Assembly: GCA_963729635.1 (NCBI GenBank)
Contig: CAVSOP010000009.1
Span: 64,688 to 128,687, forward strand
Reading direction: 5' to 3'
Length of the DNA: 64,000 nucleotides
Source: an uncultured archaeon
Lineage (GTDB): Archaea; Micrarchaeota; Micrarchaeia; Micrarchaeales; CABMGC01
Shown here: positions 7,850 to 15,000 of the stretch, piece by piece
Layout: each line of letters opens with the position of its first letter
How positions within the stretch are numbered: the stretch's first letter is position 1
Notes under the pieces: model-generated
What the model was told of the DNA's origin: nothing
What the model saw: only the letters and a program-made list of their open reading frames with translations
The model's database searches: none
Position numbers and translations under genes: made by a program

Positions 7850-8036
7850 GTTTGTAGCTGATGCAGATAAAGTTCTGACGCAGATAGAGGGATGGCGAAA
7901 GACATGGAAACATAGAAAGCCCTGTATGGATTGGGAGCGAAGTGAGAGAGCAGAGGGAATTGGCTTCTGCAAACACTATGTAGAGGCGCGTCATAGGAAA
8001 TTCAAGAGCCAAATAATCCCACTATTTCAGGTATAG
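7839..8036 (+). CDS. Hypothetical small protein (element cargo)
   Basis: 65-aa ORF overlapping the previous stop by 11 nt and co-oriented with the cargo genes. No family recognised. Confidence 0.35.
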   Translation: METKFVADADKVLTQIEGWRKTWKHRKPCMDWERSERAEGIGFCKHYVEARHRKFKSQIIPLFQV

Positions 8037-8056
8037 CAAAATGACCTATCATTTTA

Positions 8057-8089
8057 TATATCTGATTTGCATACATTATATCTGATTTG
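8057..8089 (+). promoter_or_regulatory. Two 13-bp direct repeats (TATATCTGATTTG), candidate TATA/operator sites of the wHTH gene
   Basis: Exact copies at 8057..8069 and 8077..8089, 20 bp centre-to-centre, ending 1 nt before the ATG at 8091. Confidence 0.4.
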
Positions 8090-8090
8090 A

Positions 8091-8390
8091 ATGCAGGACA
8101 GCCAGCTATTACCGAAATGGCTCGCGGGAAGATACGCGGTCTTACTCAAAGTCATAGACGGAGAGCCATTTGACTTTGATAAAGCATGTAAGGTGCTACA
8201 CAAGGCTTTTCCTAAAGACGATGAGCGCATTATTCGGCTCATGCTTTCTCAGTTGCGCAAAGCAGGCTGGATTTCCGTAGAATTCGATAAGGAGGATAAT
8301 CGAATGCGTGTCTATAAGCTTAACGACCTGCGCAACGTTTACACTCAGATAGCTGATGATATACTTGCAAATTCTAAACCCAAGAGGTAA
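8091..8390 (+). CDS. Winged-helix DNA-binding protein (putative regulator, element cargo)
   Basis: 99 aa. RIIRLMLSQLRKAGWISVEFDKEDNRMRVYKLN looks like a recognition helix plus wing. Lies immediately upstream of the TGT-like gene. Confidence 0.5.
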   Translation: MQDSQLLPKWLAGRYAVLLKVIDGEPFDFDKACKVLHKAFPKDDERIIRLMLSQLRKAGWISVEFDKEDNRMRVYKLNDLRNVYTQIADDILANSKPKR

Positions 8391-8395
8391 TAGAA

Positions 8396-9514
8396 ATGAA
8401 AGTAGAAAGAACCTCCATGAAGACTGTGTTGCGGGGAGAGAGCATCGCTCAGATTAGGATAGAGAATACTATTGTAGAGACGCCTACTCCTATGATAACG
8501 ACTACTGATGTGAACTATGCGGATGAGCTTACCAATCGATACGAGGTCGACTTGAGATACCCTCACAAAATACATGAAATAAGAGAGGCATGGTCACTCA
8601 AGAGATTACAAGGACTGACCAAATATGGAAAGCTCGGAGAGAAAATAGAATGGCTGATACAGCAAAGAGCAAAATCTCTCGCTAAGAAATTTATGTATAC
8701 GCCGATATTCAACGATGATGTTATTGTAAGCAAGGACATAGTTCTGATGATGCTCAAATTGCAGGCGGAAAGCGGTATAGAACTCATAAATCTCTCGGAT
8801 TCTCCAACGATACCCACGACGGATGCCTTAGGGCTGATAAAGGACTGTGCGAAGACTGTCCGCGATATGGGACGCGAACCTTTCTTGCAGATAAGGGCAA
8901 ACTATTCTGATACGATGTTCAAAAACAAGACTGAAGTAGCAAAAGAACTTGGACTGAGTGGTATTACTGTTATGCACTATGACCCAATCAAGTATCTTGC
9001 CAACTATAAACTACTCGCCGAACTGAGGGAAGGTGGTCTTATGCGTCACCTATCCAATATCGACAGGATATGGAGAGGGGATGGCAAATCGGCAGTGATG
9101 CCTTATGGGATGTTGTTCGCTGATACCTATTCAACTAAAATGGGACGTGGAGGGTCGAAGAAAAAGGCGGATGGTCATCCTATTAAGCCTAAGCCAAGAG
9201 TTAACGCGAGGAGATACGATTGGAATACGTCCGCACACCTTCGCATATCTGAGCATCGGCAGGAACACGGCGAAGAACTGAACTGTGGCTGCCCGATATG
9301 CATTGGCAATACTATGGCTGATGTGGTCGCAGATTACAGTAGAATTCTATATCCCGCATTCAGAACGCACGAACCATATGCTTTGCATACCTTCGCAGAT
9401 TTCGCCAGAGCACGAATGAGGGCTGGAACGCTCAAGGAATTTCTGACTACAAAGAAGTATGCTCCAAATGCACTCAAAAATGTCTTTGGAATAGGTCAAC
9501 AGGAGATTGATTAA
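8396..9514 (+). CDS. tRNA-guanine-transglycosylase superfamily protein (archaeosine-TGT/DpdA-like), element cargo
   Basis: 372 aa. N-terminal IVETPTPM (nt 8477..8494) resembles the arcTGT IETPTIMPV substrate-pocket start. The CGCPIC zinc motif (nt 9284..9301) is followed by His residues about 20-30 aa later, as in TGT CxCxxC...H. Confidence 0.55.
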   Translation: MKVERTSMKTVLRGESIAQIRIENTIVETPTPMITTTDVNYADELTNRYEVDLRYPHKIHEIREAWSLKRLQGLTKYGKLGEKIEWLIQQRAKSLAKKFMYTPIFNDDVIVSKDIVLMMLKLQAESGIELINLSDSPTIPTTDALGLIKDCAKTVRDMGREPFLQIRANYSDTMFKNKTEVAKELGLSGITVMHYDPIKYLANYKLLAELREGGLMRHLSNIDRIWRGDGKSAVMPYGMLFADTYSTKMGRGGSKKKADGHPIKPKPRVNARRYDWNTSAHLRISEHRQEHGEELNCGCPICIGNTMADVVADYSRILYPAFRTHEPYALHTFADFARARMRAGTLKEFLTTKKYAPNALKNVFGIGQQEID

Positions 9515-9529
9515 AGAGAATTTATTAAT

Positions 9530-9572
9530 CAGCCGAATGCGACAATTCAATTTACCAGCCGATTATGCGACA
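9530..9572. repeat. Right-end inverted copies of the element terminal motif
   Basis: CAGCCGAATGCGACA (9530..9544) is the exact reverse complement of the left-end 15-mer. A degenerate second copy, CAGCCGATTATGCGACA, lies at 9556..9572. Confidence 0.85.
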
Positions 9573-9620
9573 GAACCCAAAATAGGTATATTTATATATC
9601 TAAAAGAGATAATCATATCT

Positions 9621-9890
9621 ATGAAAACAATCCAAGTCCAACTAGCTCACTCTCCCACCCTGGATACCGTGCTCATGGTCGAACGCACTCTCCAGGAAGC
9701 CAAGGAGATAATAAAGATCGCGGAGTTGAAAAGGAGGCTCCCGAGGAAAGTCATGCATCAGACGCTCGTGCGCATTCTCAATTACCTCCAGGCAAGCGGG
9801 AAGATACTGATAACCACGAAAGGGGTCGTGTGGACGTACGCGCCGCCAGGCGCAATGGAGCGATTGAAGGAAAAAGGCCTGGAAATATGA
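9621..9890 (+). CDS. Winged-helix protein, putative antitoxin/regulator
   Basis: 89 aa from the ATG at 9621, with TATA-like TTTATATA about 25 nt upstream. HQTLVRILNYLQASGKILITTKGVVWTY is wHTH-like. Its stop overlaps the next start (ATGA). The track ORF starts upstream at 9507, inside the element end. Confidence 0.55.
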   Translation: MKTIQVQLAHSPTLDTVLMVERTLQEAKEIIKIAELKRRLPRKVMHQTLVRILNYLQASGKILITTKGVVWTYAPPGAMERLKEKGLEI

Positions 9891-10255
9891 ACGGACCCAG
9901 AAGGCAAATACGGCTGATCCTCACAGGCCAGGCGAAGGAGGAATACGAGCTTCTGCGCAAGGTCGTGGAGGAACAAAAGAAGAAAGGCGCCACCAACTCC
10001 GAAGAAATACAACTGCTGAAATCCATAAACAACAAATCGGAGCTGCTGAAGCTCAATCCGGTTTACGGACAAAGCATTCCCAAAGATCTAATACCGAATA
10101 CTTTGGACGTGGATAACTTGTTTCGAGTGGAACTCACCGGTTACTGGAGAATGCTCTATACGCTTAAGACGAACCAGATAGAAATCGTCAACTTTATCCT
10201 TTATATTGTCGACCACAAGGTGTACGACAAGCTTTTCGGATACCGATTCAAATAA
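9887..10255 (+). CDS. RelE/ParE-superfamily toxin-like protein
   Basis: 122 aa from the ATG at 9887. LFRVELTGYWRMLYTLKTNQIEIVNFILYIVDHKVYDKLFGY matches the RelE/YoeB C-terminal pattern (r.G.yR.iY...i.i..i.H..vY). Confidence 0.55.
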   Translation: MNGPRRQIRLILTGQAKEEYELLRKVVEEQKKKGATNSEEIQLLKSINNKSELLKLNPVYGQSIPKDLIPNTLDVDNLFRVELTGYWRMLYTLKTNQIEIVNFILYIVDHKVYDKLFGYRFK

Positions 10256-10305
10256 GGACCTCTTTCTGGAAATAATGAACAAAGTGGCCCAAGGAGGAAT
10301 GGCCC

Positions 10306-10599
10306 TTAGACCTGAACGCCCAGCACCTTAAGGAGCAGTATCGTCCCTATCCCAGGTATCCCGAAGACCGCGGTGGGCAGGAGAGTCTGCAGGGTGTAGC
10401 CCAGGCCCATCTTGAAGATGTTGTTCGCCAGGAATATGATCACTATGCCCAGCACGCTGTTGGCTATTATCCCGAAGACCGCCTTGAAGAGCAGCCTCCC
10501 CGCCTTGAAGACTATGAATATCACCGCGCACGCGGCGAAGAAGACCAGGAGCTCGAGCAGCAGCGGGCTCGCCCATGCAACGTCAAGGAGCGCGAACAT
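10306..10599 (-). CDS. BofA-like small membrane protein
   Basis: 97 aa from the ATG at 10599. Two or three TM helices and a C-terminal ...PTAVFGIPGIGTILLLKVL resembling the BofA family GIPG region. The longer track ORF (to 10836) runs through the RNase P RNA gene and is rejected. Confidence 0.55.
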   Translation of the reverse strand: MFALLDVAWASPLLLELLVFFAACAVIFIVFKAGRLLFKAVFGIIANSVLGIVIIFLANNIFKMGLGYTLQTLLPTAVFGIPGIGTILLLKVLGVQV

Positions 10600-10629
10600 A
10601 GCTTTATATGGAAAAACAAACAATAAAAA

Positions 10630-10872
10630 GGCGTGGTGTGCGGGTGGCTCACGGTCGAAAGACTGAGGAAGCTCTCTCCACGCAGAGCGTGCATGGGTCC
10701 AAGGCCCGATTCGGAACAGAAACGCAAGCGCTGGCGCACATAAAGCTATGACGCGACGAGCGTGCGCGTGCGCGTGAAACGTGCCGATGCGCACACGGTG
10801 AGCGTGCAAGGCAGATGCCGCTAAGTCGAATGCCACCTAAAACAGAAGAGAGGCTACGGCACACCACACCTT
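10630..10872 (+). ncRNA. rnpB: RNase P RNA (compact)
   Basis: P1 GGCGUGGUGUGC/GCACACCACACC. P2 GGGUGGC/GCCACC. P3 hairpin with a GAAA loop. CR-I GAGGAAGCUCUCUCC pairs with CR-IV ACAGAAGAGAGGCUAC (P4). GGAACAGAAACGCAAGCGC, GCAAGGC and CUAAGUCGAAUGCC parallel E. coli GCAACAGAGAGCAAACCGCC, GCAAGGCC and CUAGAUGAAUGAC. Confidence 0.8.
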
Positions 10873-10939
10873 ACGCTCCGCGCATCAGCCGCTCCCCCTG
10901 TATATGGTTTTATAATAGGATGCGCCTCAATCATAAGCA

Positions 10940-11749
10940 ATGGCCGGCGCTTCACGTTCGTACGTCCTGTTTTTCGCAACCGCGTGCTTCATAATAGTAG
11001 CGGGGCTGTACCTCCGCGGCCTGGCCACTGATCATGCCGCGTCGACCGTGCAGACTCTGAGCTTCCAGTCCGCGGGCCAGTCGGCGCTGGGCGTCCAGGT
11101 CTCGTCGTCCTCGACGTCCATAAGGCCCGGGCAGATAGTGACCCTCACGGCGAGCCTGAGCGGGGGAACCGAGCCGTACACTGTCAAGTGGTATTCGGGA
11201 ACCAACCAGATCTGCAGCTACGACACCAACCTCATCCAGACCGACTCCGGCCTGTACAAGACCGCCGACCTGCTCTCGGTGTACCCGCCGAGCGGCGGGG
11301 CGTACTACTGCGCATCCGTGGCCGACTCGGCCAGCCCCGCGGCCGCCGCTACCTCGTCGGTAGTCGGGATCACGGTAAGCTCGGGCTCCTCCACGACGGT
11401 GTACTCCGTCTCGACGTCGACCACAGTCTCGTCCACGACGATAACCGTCCTGCCGGCGGGCACGTCAGGGATAGTCACGCAGCTCTGCGCCATAGTCAAC
11501 GAGGTCAGGAGCATAATAGGCATAATCGCGCTGGTCCTGTTCATGGTGGGCGGCCTGATGTACGCCATCTCGCACTTCCTCCCGACGAACCTCGAGTTCA
11601 AGAAGAGCATGACCACGTGGTCCACGGCAATGATAATCGGCGGGGTCATAGGCCTGGTCATCGTACTGATAGCGCAGCCGCTGATAATCGCGATAATAAG
11701 CCTAGGGCAGTCCGCGGGCGGGGTCAGCCTGCCACTCATAACTTGCTGA
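10940..11749 (+). CDS. Secreted/membrane protein: Ig-like domain, S/T-rich linker, C-terminal two-TM hairpin (TrbC/VirB2-pilin-like topology)
   Basis: 269 aa. N-terminal TM/signal, then an Ig-like stretch (PGQIVTLTASLSGGTEPYTVKWY), an S/T-rich linker, and a C-terminal IIGIIALVLFMVGGLMYAI...TAMIIGGVIGLVIVLIAQPLI hairpin. Confidence 0.7.
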   Translation: MAGASRSYVLFFATACFIIVAGLYLRGLATDHAASTVQTLSFQSAGQSALGVQVSSSSTSIRPGQIVTLTASLSGGTEPYTVKWYSGTNQICSYDTNLIQTDSGLYKTADLLSVYPPSGGAYYCASVADSASPAAAATSSVVGITVSSGSSTTVYSVSTSTTVSSTTITVLPAGTSGIVTQLCAIVNEVRSIIGIIALVLFMVGGLMYAISHFLPTNLEFKKSMTTWSTAMIIGGVIGLVIVLIAQPLIIAIISLGQSAGGVSLPLITC

Positions 11750-12010
11750 GGCGCCCGAATTTCCGCAGAGGGAGGACTCTGCCGAAAGCCGTGCGCTGCT
11801 TCGTCAGATGCCTAATTTTTCTGCGCAAAAACGGATGGAAAGCATAAATTTAAATACCACGCCATCACATTCCATTTTGGGTATTCGGTAGGGGGCTACG
11901 GAATATTCATAGCGTTTTGGGTTTCGGCGGGTTGGGCGTTCAGCATTTCTCTGTTCTCTTTGGCCATGCCGAGCGAAAGCAAAGGGATAAGCGAATAAAA
12001 GGAGTGTAAT

Positions 12011-15000
12011 ATGGTAAATAAAACGTCCGTGTTGTTTGCGCTGGTACTGTCGCTGTTTCTGCTTATGGTTGCGAATGTCGTGCATGCGCAGGCGTTTCCA
12101 ATCCAGTCTTCTACTCCCGTAGCAAACGTGATTTATGTAGTACATCACGATTCTGATAGTGGATTTCATGGATACTGGGCACTCGATAACTATACTAAAA
12201 CAATAACCATCTGGTCCATTGGGAATGAAAATTACGTGGTGAATGCAACCTATTCTGGAATATTCTGTACGTTCGCAGGTTCTAAAAGTCCCGAGATAGG
12301 GGCAGTAGAACCCACTAGCGGATGTGGAATCATGAAGGGTGGCTACGAAGGCAATCTTACTACTTCTGCCCTCCTGAATACATCAATAGTGTCTGGCGCT
12401 ATCCAAACTCCTTCGGGAAGTCCGTTTAATTATGGAGGAACTTCAGCAAACATATTGCTGGGCGTAGGAAATCCCGACACTCCAGGTTCGTTTAATTGGC
12501 TAAATTACCTCTTTCCAGATTACACTAGCGGTTTTGCATACAGCGTCGTCAACGGAAATCCAGCTTGGAGTTGGACATACACGTATGGCGCACTGCCGTC
12601 CATATCGACTAATACAGAATGGATTAATACAGGCGCAGGCAGCACCGGAGACATAGTAGTACCACCTACCCTTGAAACTGCCTCTATCACAAGCAACGGC
12701 AAACAGATCGGCACTCTTTCCACCGGTGCTACTCTCGTAACGGATGATTCCGGTTCTTGCACTGGCTCCAACGGAGAGACCGCCGCTTGTCATACCCTTG
12801 ATGTCAGTTCCGTTAGTGTAAGCAATGGCCCGCTACCTGCGGGCTCGTGGGCATTCAATTTGCAATCAAGTTCAATAGGAACAGCTGCCTTGGAGGCATA
12901 CTTTACCGCCAAGGGGTGGCCACAGAATTATCTTACCCAAATCGATAGCGAAATTGCAGGCACTTCGCCCTTCTTTTACTTTACCTCTGACGGTAATGGT
13001 GTCTACAGTCTGACCGATGGGTTCCACTCCGCTTTGAAGTTGGGTACCGCACCACTGATGATTGACGACGACTACCCCGTCGGTACATACATCTACACTG
13101 GTGTAATCAACGGGCAGGAAGAGACAGTAACCTTGACGGTCGCTTCACCTACCCTTGAAACTGCCTCTATCACAAGCAACGGCAAACAGATTGGCACTCT
13201 TTCCACCGGTGCTACTCTCGTAACGGATGATTCCGGTTCTTGCACTGGCTCCAACGGAGAGACCGCCGCTTGTCATACCCTTGATGTCAGTTCCGTTAGT
13301 GTAAGCAATGGCCCGCTACCTGCGGGCTCGTGGGCATTCAATTTGCAATCAAGTTCAATAGGAACAGCTGCCTTGGAGGCATACTTTACCGCCAAGGGGT
13401 GGCCACAGAATTATCTTACCCAAATCGATAGCGAAATTGCAGGCACTTCGCCCTTCTTTTACTTTACCTCTGACGGTAATGGTGTCTACAGTCTGACCGA
13501 TGGGTTCCACTCCGCTTTGAAGTTGGGTACCGCACCACTGATGATTGACGACGACTACCCCGTCGGTACATACATCTACACTGGTGTAATCAACGGGCAG
13601 GAAGAGACAGTAACCTTGACGGTGTCCAGGGTGCCGACTCTCACGGTAACTGCAAGTAGCCCATCAATGACCTACGGTGGCGCGGTGCCTGTAATTACTG
13701 CGTCCTATAGTGGATTCGTGGGCAGTGACACATCTGCATCACTGACGACCCAGCCAACCTGCATCGTATCTGGCGTGCACGCTACTGGCACATATTCCAC
13801 CACCTGCTTGGGTGCTGTGGACAGCAACTATATAGTAACATATATCCCTGGCGTACTGACGGTCAACCCTGCACCACTCACTATGAGTTGCTCAATAACG
13901 ATAGTAAATAATAAAGTATATGATGGTACAACGAACGCCCCAACTGGGTGCGGCGGAGCTCTACTCTATGGCGTAATGCCTCCAGATGTCGTTGAGTTAA
14001 TGCCTGGTGGAAGTATTTTTGCAAACAATCAGGTCGGCACATGGAACGTAATTTTCTCAGGATATGCGCTCGGCGGCGCTGATGCGGGAGATTATGTTCT
14101 CGAGCCTCTTATGGCGGGAACTGCCTCTATCACTCCAGCACCGCTCACAGTCACGGGCATAACGGCAAATGACAAAACCTATGACGGCACGACGACCGCT
14201 GCGCTCGCGGGCACTGCAGGACTCTCCGGCTCCATCGTCTCGGGCGATGACGTTTCCCTCATCGGCAGTGCGGTAGGCACATTTACAAGCGCTGACGCCG
14301 GCAACGACATACCCATTACCCTCTCAGGATATTCACTCGGCGGCACCGCCGCGGGAGATTATGCCCTCCAGGCTCCGGCAATGTCTGCCAACATCGCGCA
14401 GGCATCCACGACTGTATCAATCACATCATCGGCGTCTACCTCGACATATGGCATTCCCATAACATTTACTGCAACGGTGAATCCAGCAGGCGGAAGCATA
14501 CCAAACGGGGAAACCACAACCTTCTATGACAATGGAGTCTTGATCGGAACGGGAACGACAGCAGACGGCGTCGCAACCCTTGTCACCTCAATGCTTCCGG
14601 CAGGCGCACGTCAGCCCATAACAGCAACGTACCCGGGCGATACCGACTTCTTAACGAGCACCAGCGCATCCGTCTCTCAGACTGTCAACGATGCAGCCAC
14701 AAGCGGAACGACCGAAACTGCCACTTCGGGCAACATCGTTCTTGCCTCATCGGCAGTGGGACAGGCGGACATGTCAAGTGGAGTCAACAACATTGTTCTG
14801 AACGATAATTCCGCCCTTGACCTTTCGGATTCCGTCCAGACCGCGCCAACCAGCGTTTCAATTGCTTCTAACACCGTAGACCTGACCGCGCCGCTGACGG
14901 TCGGAGGCCAGAGTGTCCAGGTTGCAAATGAGGTGCAACTTAATTCAGGAGTAACCGGAACGCCTATCAACATCACTAACTCAGCGCTTTCGGGCGTGAG

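Larger units (their letters stand above)
5076..9575. mobile_element. ~4.5-kb low-GC transposon-like element (transposase + DNA-modification cargo)
   Basis: Flanked by exact CCCAAAATAGG at 5065..5075 and 9576..9586. Ends are inverted: TGTCGCATTCGGCTG at 5108..5122 and 5163..5177, against CAGCCGAATGCGACA at 9530..9544. Interior lines counted at 37-38% GC versus 63-70% in the flanks. Encodes a DDE transposase. Confidence 0.6.

Noticed and set aside
7721-7972. 83-aa minus-strand ORF inside the element
   Set aside because: It is antisense to the DUF2080-like ORF and the 65-aa ORF. It would have to be transcribed towards the transposase promoter region. Its composition is Ser/Leu/His-rich with no motif.
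10600-10867. Upstream extension of ORF 10306..10836, plus ORFs 10521..10739 and 10649..10867
   Set aside because: They overlap the RNase P RNA, which explains this conserved-looking region better. The BofA-like protein starts at the internal ATG at 10599, with a TATA-like element upstream.
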